Positions 15,616 through 31,770 of a stretch of DNA of 64,000 nucleotides are shown piece after piece. Under the pieces are notes generated by a model, which saw only the letters and a list, made by a program, of their open reading frames with translations, searched no databases and was not told where the DNA came from. Source of the DNA: the human T2T-CHM13v2.0 reference genome, Homo sapiens; NCBI RefSeq assembly GCF_009914755.1, contig NC_060926.1; one strand, given 5' to 3'. The translations under genes were made by a program, and so were the position numbers. Every line of letters starts with the position of its first letter. Position 1 is the stretch's first letter.

Positions 15616-17071
15616 AAAACCATACTAAACAACAATGACAAAAAGTGTATTAGAAATCCCATTGCCCAAACACAACTATTTTCATGATGCATATTCCATT
15701 GCAATCTTTACTCACACACACACGCACATGAATGTACTCACATTTATAGCCACAATAATTATGACTTTCAATTCTGCTATTGTCACTGAGAATTAGATCC
15801 CAAACACTTTTCATGTTTCTAAAACCTATTAATAATTACATTAATTGTGGTACAACATCCCAACATGTTATTGAACCATAAACTATTGCCTTTAGCCCTA
15901 AGACTGAGCACTTGAATTCTCCTTTATCTCAGTGTCGTGTAATAATTTCAAAGGGATAACCCAACTTTGGTGTAAATTAAAGCTAAAACAATGTCAAGTT
16001 TGTAAGCTTCAAGTGTCTTGAAAAGTTGCTGTATTTGGCAACTCATTACATTGCTTATAAAATCATTCACCTGTCAATGACTTCCCAAACCAAGTAAGTA
16101 AAAAAGAAATACATAGATTTCATTTAGGAATTATTTACCGATGATACTAGAATGACTCACAAAGCACAGTAGGAAATCATCTGAATCTGATCTAAACCAG
16201 AGTGTGTGCATTTGTCCTCACTGGCAAATCAAATACGGACTTAGCACATCGCACTCACTGGCACTGTAACTTCACCGAAGACTCAGCGTTCACTAGGTGG
16301 CTAAGTGCTATTGGCAAGAGTTCACAGATGAAACACTTCAAGAGACAACTCTCTGAATGTTTTAAGGATAGTTTTACATTAAAACAGTTTACTATATTTA
16401 AACATGTTTGAGTAAATTTAGAACTGTATCTATAACATACAGATAAATGTTACAGGGAGAGAGATTACTATACTGTATTCTAAAGGTGTCTTTCATTTAA
16501 GGCTTGCTAACTCCTCAATGCACATCTAAAAAAGTTTCATATGCTTATGCAATTGCTAGTTTCCCTGATGTCTCCAGATTCTTTGCTATGGCATCATATT
16601 TTGGGCAATGCTAAAAGTAGCAGGGGGCGGGGGAAACTTCAGGGACTTCAGGCTTCAGGCAATGTTTAAAAGAAAAATCCTATATTCCTTATACCCTGAT
16701 ACTTAGGGGGTTACACCATTCGGTGGACATGAGTTAAAACCACTGAGGTTTGCTCTCAGCTTCAAAAGAAAGCCAGCAGCAGCCTCTCTATGAAAACTCT
16801 CAAACAGCCCTGGAGCAGCACGTCACCTCTTCCCTGTTTTTATTTGCTAACCTTAACTTGTGAGTCCCAACCTTTTAGGAGAACATCTGAAGAAGAAAAA
16901 GAAGTGGCTATCTACAGATCAGACACCATCACAGGAGAAACTGGACTCCATCCTGGAAAACTGGGAAAATCGTTCCGTTTTGCAAAATTGTATTGTATTT
17001 CACAGCCACAAATGAAGAAGTGCCACTTCAAGGAATTCCATGATAATTTACTTTGTAAAAGGAAATGGTAA

Positions 17072-17416
<345 letters not shown>

Positions 17417-17925
17417 TTACATTGAAAAAAGAGCCCAAAAGGACATCCAAATTCTTTGGACAACAGGTCTTCAGCCATATCAAATATTGCTTGAAATAAT
17501 TAAGCTGTCAGCAAAGCCTTGGAAATATCTGGGCTATAAGAGTATCTGGAACTCATATTTGATTTCAAGATAGTATCTGACCTGAATCACAATCTCTCAC
17601 ATTCTCCAGCAACAACCAGAACGACCAAATAGGGCCAACAAAATAATGTTCCGTTTTCCATTCACCTTCATCTCTCTCTTGAACATTAAAGTAACATTTT
17701 CATGAACTTTTAAAATCTATGCATCAAAACCTATACATCAAAACACATGAGAAGTGGGAAAGGCTACGAGTGATTAGACAAAAACATCCATGGAAATATT
17801 AAATGCCATGAAATTAGCCTTAGGGATCAGCACATGTTAAACTTACAAGACACATACATGCCAAACTACTATCTTACTTCACTCTCAACCCTAAAAGAAG
17901 CATATTCCAAGGAAACCACCAGTTA

Positions 17926-18264
<339 letters not shown>

Positions 18265-19629
18265 GGGAACTTAAAAATCTATTCTGTTAAACACGTTCTC
18301 ATTTTTCACTACCATTTAACCATTACATGTTTACCTTTTATTTTTGTTTCAGTTTATAAAGAATTATATGGTCTTTAGTTTTATTTTTATGAAATCCACA
18401 GAAATGTCCACCTGCCAATGGGCTCAGGGGCCCATCATCATCAGACAGAACACTCTCCTATTATTAACTCAGGTACATTAAGACTTATTTGACAGACATC
18501 TTAAATGCAGGGGTGGAAAAATCAGCAACCCAGAACAACCTAGCTCTTGGGTTCACATTTTTCATCTAAGGTTTACATTCACAGCTTAGAACTCATTAAA
18601 TTCAACCGACAGGACTTTAAAGGAAGTTCTCATGGCAGAAAATTGCCAACAAGGAGTTCAAACTTAAAGGCACATCTCATATGGTTTACATTTTCCAACT
18701 ACACTCCCCAGTGGACTTTTAATTTCTGCCTCACACTTTCATTTATTAAGTATATGATGGGACATTCCTTCCGAGATTTTCTTTTTAAATATTTAAATTT
18801 GCAGCCCACGCTGCAGAGGCCAAACCATAGCTGGCAGTGAGACACTGTGTCTGGCAGAAAGGTGTGGGTAGAGCATGTCCCACAGAAAAAGACCTCTGAG
18901 AACACACGCAGACCCAGCATAGAGAAGCACTGATGCATATTTATGGGCAGGCCTGGGCCATTTATTTTGTCCCTATGTCAGGAAATTACAAACATTCATT
19001 TCAGGAGCTAGCAAGCTCTGGCCATCATGGGTCAGTGAGCCGGCCTCACACCCCTCAAACCACAGCTGCAAAAAGAAACTCCTTAAAATCACAAAGCAGT
19101 CAATATTATAGATTGCCAGGCATAATTCAATGAAAGAAGAGATAAACTAGACACAAATAATTTACGAGTAGAAGGAATGCGGCCATTTTTCATCCCATTC
19201 CTAAAGGAATTCAGTTTAGAGCTAGGAGGGATCCTGTCCATGTTTCACTTCTGGTTCCCAAACCCTTCCAAGACCCACTGAGAATCAAAACCACCCCCCT
19301 TCTAATCTGCCCTTCCTCACCCCAAGTCACAATTCCCTCAGCCAATGAACAAGGAGATTTCTCTACCCTGAGTTCCTAAGCTGGTTCCCAAAAGACTTCT
19401 TAGGACACTGAGTCAAAATAATGTTGAAGGAGACAATCCAATAAAAAGATATCTCTAGTTGTCATTAAAAGCAAGAACAAAGAACAGCTTTGTCCTGCTT
19501 GAAAGAGCTCTGAAAGATTATTCTCTGTCAGTGAGCCCAGAGAAACAGAAAACAACGAGCCAGAGCTGGGGCTTCCTGAGAAGTTTGGGCCCCCCGCCCC
19601 CGCTACATGCTCACCTGGTTGCCATAAGG

Positions 19630-19815
19630 CCAGGATTTCTCCAAGTGTTATCTGTGGACCACCTGCATCAGAACCAACTGGGTTACTGTGACAAAGACAA
19701 ATTCCCAGACTCAGCCAAACTTCCTAAACAGAATGTCTAGGGATGCAACCTGAGGACATACAAGTATAACAAGCTCCCAGGAACTCTTCTGCACAGTAAC
19801 ATTTGAAAAACCATC
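19630..19815. mobile_element. MER5-like element
   Basis: ttctccaagtg...ggaccacctgcatcagaa...aacaagctcccagg...tttgaaaaacca. Confidence 0.65.
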
Positions 19816-19904
19816 ATCAAATTCAAACTATACTTTTATATTTCCCAGAGTTCTATTTTCTCCAACAGAAATCATGGCTACAGTACAGTAAAACACAAAG
19901 TCCC

Positions 19905-20095
19905 TTCTTACACGTGCTACTTATTGTTAGTACAGACACATTCACTTTATACTCCTGACAACCCTATGAAGTATTTTAACCCCATTTTATGTCTGAGAAA
20001 ACTAAGGCCCAAAGTCACACTTTTCTTAAGTGGCAGAAGAAAGATTTGTTTCCAGGTCTCTCTGACATGAAAAAGTTTTACTTCCACATGACTCC
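19905..20095 (-). mobile_element. MIR
   Basis: acaaccctatgaagtatt...cccattttatgtctgagaaaactaaggcccaa. Confidence 0.65.
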
Positions 20096-20548
20096 CTCTA
20101 ACAAGCAGGAGACATAACTGCTTCTTGCTTTCCAAGTGGTCATTTACAGATGGTTGGTCATGATGCTCTGTCCAACCCCAGCCCAAAGATAACGACTTCC
20201 CTCATTTGCAGCAGCGACCAAACTGCTAGAATGCTGTGCCTGGATTGGATCACTACAACTTCAGAAACATAATATGTGAAGAATCTGGGAAACATCTAGA
20301 GAGATTAAAAAAAAAAAGAGAGTAAAGAGGCTGTAAAACAATAAATTTTAAAAGTGAACTGAGACGAAGCTGGGAGAGTATGATCATATGCAGAGTATGG
20401 TAAGTGTGCATTTCCATTTGCCCTTAAGAGCAACAAACGGAAGCATGCAGGACTCAAGTCAGATATACTGATGAGTGCAATGCTGCCATGGAGGTTACAG
20501 AATGCTATTGACAGGAAGACTTTCAACAGAGCACCTCTATCAGTAGAA

Positions 20549-20765
20549 CAGCGTTTCTCCACCTTGGCAATACGGACATTTTGAGCAGGATAATTCTTCG
20601 TTGTGAGGTACTGTCCTGTGTCCTGCAGATGTTTAGAGCATCCCCGGCCGTAGCATTTCCCCACATCTCCCCAGGCGCAGTAACCAAAAATGTCTCCAGA
20701 CACTGGAAACTGTTTCAGAGGCTCAGGGAAGAGAGGAAAAAATCTCCCTCAGCTGAGGACCACAG
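20549..20765 (+). mobile_element. MER20 (hAT-Charlie)
   Basis: cagcgtttctccaccttggc...ggacattttgagcaggataattctt...accaaaaatgtctccagacactgg. Confidence 0.8.
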
Positions 20766-21071
20766 CTCTAAGAGTTAGAGGGGTTCTGCCTGAAAGAAGA
20801 AAGAGAAAGGGGAGTGGGGTAAAGGAAGAACCAGACATCCTTTCGACCCATTAAGGTCCTGGCTAGCTCAGTCATGGAGAACTAAAACTGCCTGAAGGAA
20901 ACATGGAAGAACATGGATTATCCAAAAACAAAATAATCTGCCTAAAATGTCCAAGAATCAACTGCCCTCAGGAAAAGAAAAAAAAGAAAAGATGAAGACA
21001 AAAGAAAAAAAAAACAGGATCATTTTGCCTTGGTCATATAAAGTTGGGGCTCCACAGACACCCACTCCTAG

Positions 21072-21438
<367 letters not shown>

Positions 21439-22544
21439 AGAGCTGAGTCGTCTTATCACTTAAAATGGTGTTGACGTGATACTGAGACTGAACACCCTGG
21501 AATGTGAAACATGGGAAAAGAAAGGGGGAAAAACACAGAGGCTCCTCTATCTTAAGGGCCTCCAGCCACTTGAAAACACAGTTAAGATTATAAGGTTTGA
21601 AGAATGGATATGTGTTCTTGAAATGTTTGTGAAAGGCACCAGGTGCTAGCTGGCAAAGTAGAACAACTACAGGGATTCTGAGGGTTTAACAGGGACAGTC
21701 TATTTGTCAAGGGACATTTACTAAATGCCTAAATACACAAGGTGCTATGCTGGGAACTGCACATAAAGCGAGGTCACCCTACCTTGCCGCACCCCGTGGG
21801 ACAGGCACCTTAAGGCACCTTTAAAAGGAGGTGGTAGAGAGATACAAGCACGGGTTTCCTCAGCCCACCAAGGTTATCCCACCACCTCACTCCCCATCCT
21901 CCACCAACCATTGCCAATACAAAGGAAAGAATCTGTCATTCACATAGGAAGACCCGGTAAACTGGCGGGAAATCTAGCCACATCAGAAACAAGAGTCAAG
22001 TTACAGACGAGACCAACAGTCCCTCAACCCCTGCCCAGGGAAGGCAAGACCTGGATCCACAGGACATTTAGGACTGAACTGTCCCACTGGTAGGCTGGAG
22101 GAAACGATTCTGAAGTGCTTTTCCTGCCAACAAGTCAATCCATGTTCACAACCTACCAAGCATTGAGGTCTCTAGCAGTGAGGAAAGCTACAGAAAGTAT
22201 GATTTTCTTTCTGCAGCTTTTTCTTTCCCTCTAAAGATTTTCCTTGTCCCCATGCTAGAGTCTGAATTAGGCATAACAGCAGGTAAAAAGGAGATGATCG
22301 TTTTTAATGGTTCTTTTGTGCTATCTCAAATGCTAATAATGCATACATTTAACTCTATTCCAAGGCAAATTTTAAATCCCTGGATGTCCTTTTTCACTAC
22401 ACCCAACAAAATACTCTCCGCAAGTTCCCTGGGCTGTCAGTTGTATATCCTCAGAGAATACGAATTCCTTTGTATACTGGTGTAAACCAAAAACAATTAA
22501 GAAGGCAAACCAGCTTGGTTAAACATAATACACTGCATTGAAAT

Positions 22545-22990
22545 TTACTTTGAAATGTACGGAAAAACAAACAAGATGGATCAATGGATGAATAGAGGGG
22601 GTGGAGAGATGAACAGGTAAGTGATAAAGCAAGTATGGTAAATATTAATGGTAGAATATAGGTGATGGAGAGATGGGTATTCAGTACCAATTTTAACTTT
22701 GCTGCATGTTTGAAAATTTTTAATGAAAATGTTGAAAGCAATTTTTAAATAACACTGCATTCATTTTAGAATGAGAAAATGAATAATATATTAAATTAAA
22801 ACCAGTTATAAAACATTATGTACAACTTAATTGCAAATTTGTGAGTATACAGGAAACACCAAAATATTAATTGTGGTTATCTTTTGAAGATACCACTATG
22901 AGTGACTTTTACTTTCTTCTTTGTCCTTTTCTGTATTTTCCAATTTTTCTTCAATGAGCATATATTGAATTGCAACTAAAAAATTACTTT
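22545..22990 (+). mobile_element. Old L1M (MC/ME) 3' fragments
   Basis: atggtaaatattaatggtagaatataggtgatgg...tgtttgaaaatttttaatgaaaatgtt. Confidence 0.55.
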
Positions 22991-23067
22991 ATAATATTAA
23001 ATCTTAAAAAAATAAAATTTCTGAAGCCAAATCTAAATTACTTGCTATGGAAAATTATTTTATATAT

Positions 23068-23390
23068 GGGCTGGCACAGTGGCTCATGCCTATAATCCCA
23101 ACACTTTGGGAGGCTGAGGAAGGTGGGGAGGGACGGGGATTGCTTGAGGCCAGGAGTTCAAGACCAGCCTGGTCAGTATAGCAAGACCTCAACTCTACAA
23201 AAAATAAAATAAAATTAGCCGGGTGTGGTGGCACGTCTCTGTAGTCTCAAGTACTCGGGAGGCTAAGGTGGGAGAATAGCTTGAGCCCAGGAGTTCAAGG
23301 CTGCAGTAAGCCATGATGGTACACTCCAACCTGGGCAAGATGGCAAGACCCTGTCTCAACAAAATAAAAAATAATTTAAAAATAAAGAAA
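23068..23390 (+). mobile_element. AluJ with G-rich insertion
   Basis: J-type arms; extra ggtggggagggacgggg at ~23122-23138. Confidence 0.9.
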
Positions 23391-23832
23391 ATTATATCAA
23401 TTATAATACATTATAACGAATTTTTTGTATATGAATTCAACTCCCTTAGTGGCAAATTTTTGAAAAAGTGTCTCAGTAGAACACAATCCTATAATCCCTT
23501 ATCTTGGCAATTAAGGCAAGAAAAACAACGAAATGTGTTTTAGCAATCAGTTCCCTTTAAACAGATTTTCAAATCAAAGCCCCCAATTCATATAACTCTA
23601 CTAGTCCTATAATATTCATCTGGTCTACCACCAAAGCATAGCATATTCTCTGTAGTTACCACAATCGCTGACAGCAATGTCCTCATGAGGGCCTCCTTTT
23701 GCCTCCACATAGGCCCACAGCTGGCATATCTATCCACATCCAGTGCATACAGTACAATTCCTACCTTTCTAGCACAAGCACAGAAAAACACCTGATGAGT
23801 CAAGTGTTGCAGCAGAAACAAGATCCAGACTC

Positions 23833-24197
<365 letters not shown>

Positions 24198-26174
24198 TAA
24201 ATATAAAATGGGAGTACTTTTCTCAGCATAGTACATCCTTTAACATTTTATGGTGTTATGGATCTAGAAAACAGACACCCAATATTCCACTCACTTCTGG
24301 CAGAGAATTAAAGAAATGAAAAAATAAGGACTTCTTAAAAGGGTATTTTTACGGGTCCGGTATTCAAAGACAGTGATCAATTTCAAGTGATTAAGGAAGA
24401 GAAAGCTCACACACATCTTCATGCTTCTTATAATACCCTGAGAACACAGGCAGGAAGACTAATGGAAACCTCCATTAAAACAAGCTGGGTTCACAATATG
24501 AACACAACTCCAGGTAAACCCATTCACTGTACAAGACTCCAATTTCAGGTGAGATTCATTTATACCCCTCTTTTGCCTTATCAGGCATAGCTTTACACAT
24601 GCAGAACCAATCCTAAAGTTGTGAACCTTGCAAGCAGCTGAGCATAAAGATATGAAAGCTACCTTTTCAGCAGTATAAATGACCAAGATCACACTAAGGT
24701 CTCCTCTGAGTTCTGGTAAACTGCTACCCTATGATAGTGACTGTCTTTTATAACATTTGCATTATTTTTATTATTTCTTTAATTCTCCTTTTTTGTTGTT
24801 GCATTACAGTTTCAATTACATAAACACTGAGAAACATACACACACCCTAACGAGGGAAGTAACTGAATACTATTCCGAGGGTAGTTATATTTCCAGCTTA
24901 TGAGAATTCACTCAACCAGGTGGACTGCTTTATAAATATACGATAGGCCTCCACCCTTATGTCTCATTTTGACTCAATTCAACTTTGAGTACATATTATT
25001 TGCACCACCTAAATGAAGGCAATGCAGAAGATACAGCAATGAAGAAAGGATATCCACTGCCCTATGGGATGTACTCAAGTATATTCACACACAAAGAATA
25101 CGAAATGTCAGAGGAGATATAAAGTGATTTCTGAGTTCCATGGAGTAAATCATATCCACAGCCTTGGTGAAATACAAAAAAAATTTTAAAGCTATCATGA
25201 AAAAATTATTTGAGATGAGCCTTGAAATGAACATGACAATGATGCTAATGGTTAACTAAAATTTACTGAGCAATAAAAACATACCAGGTACCGTGTCTGT
25301 TGTTTTTGCATAAATTACAAGTATTTAGCCTGTGTTACAGATAAGGACAGTGAGGTTTGGACAGTGATTTTTCCAACGTCAAAGAGCTAATCACAGGAAT
25401 GAGATCCCAACTGAGGTCGGTCTACTCCCAAAGTCCACACCTTAATAAGCAAAAGTGGAGGGAAGAGTAAACTGGAAGAATAGCTGAGAAGGAAGAACAG
25501 TAGTGGGAAAGGCAAGATCAGAGAGGAAGAACCAAGGCAGTAAAACCCACAGAAACTGGCTCATTATTTGACTCAGCAGCCTCCTTCTCCGGAGATGTTC
25601 TGGGGATAGGAGCAGAAATATGGTCATACATTCCAATGTCAAGGTCATGTAATGAACACTCCTGAGAAAAAACGTAATAGAAAGTGTCCTCATAATGTTT
25701 AATATGTATAAGAAGATATATAAACTCTCTCCTAATCCCATTGAGATTTAAAATTAGGCATTTTCACCAGCTTATCACCTAAGCTCTGGCCAATACAACC
25801 TGTCACCAACAAGATTTAAGGATCTGCTAACCTATTGGACTATATAACCCTAAAATGATCAAGTGAAAGTACACTTTTGGAGGCAGACAATGTCCACATA
25901 GCACACAAATCAACAACAGAACCAACAGAAACTTTCTGACTTTTCTGACAGTGGCTACGACTATCCTTATATTTTTAGTCCAGGGTAGCATATTGCTTGG
26001 GTTGTGAATAAAGATACATGCAGAGACACCATTATGGAAAACTGTACCCTCCGTAATTATGTGCTTTCCCTTATGAATCCACTCCACCATTTTCTTTTCT
26101 GTACATAACATCTTTCACATTCTCATCTCTAGTTCCAATGTCTTCTCCAAGATTCCAATTCTCATTTAGACACG

Positions 26175-26551
26175 TGTGATAGACATTACTAGGGCTTACA
26201 AATGTCTCCTTCTTGAGCACAAAAGCACTGCACTACCTTGCAATAGGCAGGACCACGTGACTTGTTCTGGCCAGTGAAATGTGAGCAATGATGAGCACCT
26301 CTCCATCACTGAGGCGGGGAAGCCCCTGAGCAGTGCTCCCATGACTCTTCCCCTCCTGCTGCTAGAGATAACAGAGGATGGAGCCACAAGACTGAAGCTG
26401 ACTGAGTTGCTGCAGGAAGGACAGCTGACTTAAGATATCTCCCACAGTCACAGGGAACTGCAAGAGCAAGAAATACACTTGTGTTGTGCTAATCTCCTGT
26501 GCTGTGGGGTTGTTTGCTACCATACCATAGCTCAGCCCAGCCTGACTGGTA
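26175..26551 (+). mobile_element. Old MLT1 (J-like) solo LTR
   Basis: MLT1-type 3' end gttgtttgctaccataccatagctcagcccagcctgactg. Confidence 0.65.
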
Positions 26552-26938
26552 GAACAAGCTTAGTGGCTATCCCAAGGATAGCACAATACCACCCAGAATC
26601 ACATTCTCCACCTTCTTCCACCTAAATTCAGAGAAGCCTACAAACCTTCGATTTTGGTTAACCCTAGAATCTTAGATTCTACCCCTTTCCTTTGCACCCC
26701 TAGGCCCGTAGGAAGCAAATGCACAGAAGCAGTCTCATAAATTTTTACTGATGATGATGAAAGTCTTAAGCAAAATCAAATAACTTTTAATAAGTTAGAT
26801 TTTTTTAAAGTGATGGAAAATACAGAGACCACCAGAAAAACATGTATTTTGGGGAAAAAAGCTCAACTATGAAGGTAGGTGTATTCTTAGATATATATAA
26901 CTTTGAAACCTTTCTCTTACTATAAGAAACTAATGTAA

Positions 26939-27242
26939 GGCCTGGCGCGGTGGCTCACGCCTGTAATCCCAGCACTTTGGGAGGCGGAGGTGGGCAGATC
27001 CCCTGAGGTCAGGAGTTTGAGACTAGCCTGACCAACATGGAGAAACCCCATCTCTACTAAAAATACAAAATTAGCCGGGCACGGTGGCACATGCCCGTAA
27101 TCCCAGCTACTTACTCGGTTGGCTGGGGCAGAAGAATCACTTGAACCCAGGAGGCAGAGGTTGGAGTGAGCCGAGATCGCACCACTGCACTCCAGCCTGG
27201 GGCGACAAGAGCAAAACTCTGTCTCAGAAACAAACGAAAAGA
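26939..27242 (+). mobile_element. AluSp-like (first of a tandem pair)
   Basis: catggagaaacccc diagnostic; TSD aagaaactaatgtaa. Confidence 0.95.
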
Positions 27243-27260
27243 AAGAAACTAATGTAATTA

Positions 27261-27630
27261 GGCTGGGTGCGGAGGCTCACGCCTGTAATCCCAACAGTTT
27301 GGGAGGCCGAGGCAGGCAGATCACTTAAGGTCAGGAGTTCGAGACCAGCCTGGCCAACATGGTGAAACCCAGTCTCTATTAAAAATACAAAAACTAATCG
27401 GGCGTGGTGGCAGGCGTCTATAATCCCAGCTATCCAGGAGGCTGAAGCAAGAGAATTGCTTGAGCCTGGGAGGCAGAGGTTGCAATGAGCCAAGATCACC
27501 ATTACATTCCAGCTTGGGTGACAAAGTGAGACTCTATCTCAAAAAAAAAAAAAAAATAGGAAAGAAAGGAAAGGAAGGAAGGAAGGAAGGAAGGAAGGAA
27601 GGAAGGAAGGAAGGAAGGAAGGAAGGAAGA
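27261..27630 (+). mobile_element. AluS (second of the tandem pair), tail expanded into GGAA repeats
   Basis: Alu dimer; TSD aagaaact(a/c)atgtaatta. Confidence 0.94.
27573..27628 (+). repeat. (GGAA)14 microsatellite
   Basis: 14 uninterrupted GGAA units. Confidence 0.97.
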
Positions 27631-28046
27631 AAGAAACTCATGTAATTAGAAAAACCTCAATTCTCACCCATGCTGCAAAAATGGCACACCAACTCTGAAG
27701 ACATCCATTGATAAAATAGGCATATATGTGCTTACTTCTTTTGAGTCATACTATCACTACTGTGAACATACTGGAAACTGACACTTTTCACAAATATCAC
27801 CTGCAATTTTAAAAATTAAAAGTGTAAACCCAAAGAATTGCAATGCAAATATCAAAAGTTCACCTCAAAGGTCATTTATCACCATTTTTTTCCCACCCCT
27901 TCTTGAAATGCTGGCTCAGAGAATTGCTATGAAAGAAAATATGTTGTGGTTTCATTAAAATTTCTAACTTAGAGATGTTGCAAACTTCATTATCAGTTAC
28001 TGGATCATACAAGCTGCACACACATCAAGACACCTACTCCCATTAG

Positions 28047-28367
<321 letters not shown>

Positions 28368-31016
28368 TCAAACTTTGAATAACGGATTTAAAATCTGAAC
28401 AGGAAAATCTTTAATCTCCTCTTTGTTTTCAGCAGGAACACTAGAGAAGAGACAATCTACACAAAATAATATACAACTTAATTATAATTTCACTTGTCTT
28501 TCTCTGAAATAAGGCAAAAAAAATGCTCATCAAAATTTCAATGGTGAGTAGTCATTATATGGTTAAAAAGAGAAAGTATAACGTATTAGTCCGTTTTCTC
28601 TATTTACGTAATCACAATGAACAAACTGAAACTTCAGTTCCTCTAAATCCAACTTTAAAATCTTGCACCCTCAATATTCTAGGGCAAAAAAAATTATTAA
28701 TTAGCTATAAATCTAGACAATAAAAATATTTTAACTTAGATCCACCCAAAAGGCAAAGAATGACTGTTATCTCTCCCACCCCATCTATCTCATCTCAAGA
28801 GTGTTACTAAATATGGATGTATTGCTCAACTTCCCTGCTCCACACAAGTATAGACTGCAACTAGAGTGACTGTTCTTCATTTCAAACACATGAGTCAAGA
28901 GGAAGTAGTAGTAATTATTTATTGGTCAGCACACATTCATCAGGTACTCACCACATATGTGCACCTGTTTATAAGGGTCATTTCTGTTCTAGAGTTTACC
29001 AGAGTTCACCAACCCTGTGAAGAGACAGGCCAGGAGTTCAGCCTTCTCAACCATGCTTTGTGCCTTCAACCTCTAAACCAGTGAGTTCTGGGTAATATTT
29101 GATGGTAGGAAGTATTCCTGCCTTAAAGATGGGACTTTATATCTGCATCTGCCTTCCAATTTATTCTTATATTTTAATTTTACTTAGTTGTGGGTAGCAA
29201 ACATACTGTCTACTTGATAAAGCATCATCAACGCCCTGTCTTACGTCTCTGAGGAGCTCATGAGAGGAATCTGTACTAGTCACTGTGCAAGAGTGGAAAA
29301 TAATCTGTCAGTGTAGCTGTGTGCAAACACCTCCTCTTTCTGCACAGGGCGTTCATGTATAAATTCCTATGCCTGGTTCTGAAAGCAAAATTCTGACACA
29401 AACACTCACTGGTTCTCTTATTAACTAAGTCTATACCATAATCAGGGTGTGCGTACCAGCTGCTGGGAATGGAGAGGTGGTGGTTAACTGCCCCACTCTG
29501 TCACAGTTACTTTCAAAAATGACTTACTGATCATTATTCGTTTCAGTTCCACAGAAAGAATGAGACATCTCAGTTGAAACTAATACCCAAAAGGAACCTG
29601 AATGGCACCTTTAAAAAATATCTCATCCAGTCATCCAGAACCTTTGTTTCTCTCACTTTAGAAGAGGTGAAAGAAGAAAGCTTGAGTCGTAAATTGAAGA
29701 CCTTCCTGTTACCTTCCTTTTACAGAAACAAAAGCAGCTTGTCAGGCAAAGATTATCTGAATACCTTGTGCTTAACAAACAGACCAGACGAATATATTCG
29801 TTCAGTGGAGTGTTTGCGTAAGGAAGCTACTGAAACTTACTGTTCTTGAGAATGTTTCCTCCCCATCTCACCTGCAGGGAAAGAGCACCGACTTCCTCCC
29901 TAACCTTAAGTACAGACCAATAAGCCCTCCTGAACAAGCCTTCATTCATGAAGTTGTCTGTTCTGACCCACCTCTCCACATTGCCTTGGCCAACTCTCCT
30001 GACCCTGTGCTCCTGGGAAAATTACTCAACCTCTCTGAGCCATGTGAGATGTGAAAAACCTCAGTTAAATGTCTGAAAAGGGCTCACTGGTATAACCTGA
30101 TAACTGTTTAGAGCATGCCTCAAAGAGCACTAAGTTGCAAAGAAGAACTCATTCCATGCTCCATGACTAACCTTAAACCAGGCATTCACAACTTGAAATG
30201 TGTTCATAGCATAGCCCTGTAAACTTCAGGTAAAGGTCACATTTCAGACCTTTTTTGTAAACAGTAAATTATAATAGTAAGTTACACGTGAAGACACTGT
30301 CCTTACAACACATCATATCATGACCAGTACAGCCTAAGGGTCCTCCGATCATCCTCTCCCTCCTGGGTTCCTTGTAAATGTTCCCAGTGTTACTGGTTTG
30401 GTATATCTCTTTCTGGTCCTTTTTCCTAGCCATTTATACATACATCCTTGAAACCACAAAAAAGATAAAGCAGAAGAGTATAGACTCCAGGATAGCCATT
30501 ATGGAGGAGAATCTGCCTCTGCCAATATTTAGTCATATTAAGTACATAAATATCCCATGATCCATTCATCCTGTTGGATGTGTCTCCCAGTGACTCGACC
30601 CACAGATCCATGAGTGCATGTTCACAGATGTTCCCTGCAACGCTGTGTGTGGAAACTGGGAGTTGCAAGAAGAGATAAGGAAACCCATGGTGACAGCAAA
30701 TGTCTAACAAGGTAGATAGATGGATTAATCATAAGAACATAGCGCTGAATTTAGGAAGTGAGAAATACTAAGTGCTAGAGCACAAAACTATTTGTGTAGA
30801 TTTAAAAACACACAAATCTCATCTGCCATAATAACCACATACCTCAAATGATTGCCATGAGTAGGGTAAAACATGAAAATAGTCCCTGTCATGTGTTAAG
30901 CACTTAGTAAATATTCACTATTGTTAGATAAAAAGATGTTCACAGTATACTATAAACTTTCTATTACAAAACTTCATTTATGATATCGTCCTTTCTCAAG
31001 TGCTTTTTTCCTATTA

Positions 31017-31257
<241 letters not shown>

Positions 31258-31609
31258 TGTAAGACAAACTGGAACACCATGTGAAAAACTGCATAGAGCA
31301 GTTAACCTTGGGGGGAATGTTTATATGTTTTTAGCTTATTTTCCTTGCTTGCTCATATTTCTATAATGAATATGTATGACTTTAGAATTTTCTTTAATCC
31401 TTAATGTTCCTTTCAATATGGTTTCTGACAAACAAAAATTAGAAACATCCTAAAAATCCATCAAAGGCTAAGTAGTTCAATTATGGTATATACGAATAGT
31501 AGAATATTCTATAGCCACTTTTTATCAACCTGATAAACAGTATAATGTTGTGTGGAAAAAGGCAGGCTCTGAAATCGCCCACGTGAAGACCTGAGAGGCC
31601 GGTGGACAA

Positions 31610-31770
31610 CAGTGGTGGAGCAGCATGGACTCTAGAGCCAGCCTGCCCACCTCCACATCCTAAGCTGTCATGCAATCCCAGGCAAGTCACTCGGCATCCC
31701 TGAGCCTCAAGCCTCATCTGCAGAACAGGGTGATGACGGTGCCTGCCTAGTGGGGTTGCTGTAAGCAAAT
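31610..31770 (+). mobile_element. MIR
   Basis: ggcaagtcact...tgagcctcaagcctcatctgcagaacaggg. Confidence 0.65.

Noticed and set aside
19615-19685. Possible exonised MER5 segment (tttgtcacag ... CAG|gtgagc on minus)
   Set aside because: It lies mostly in a repeat, and motif pairs of this quality are common by chance.
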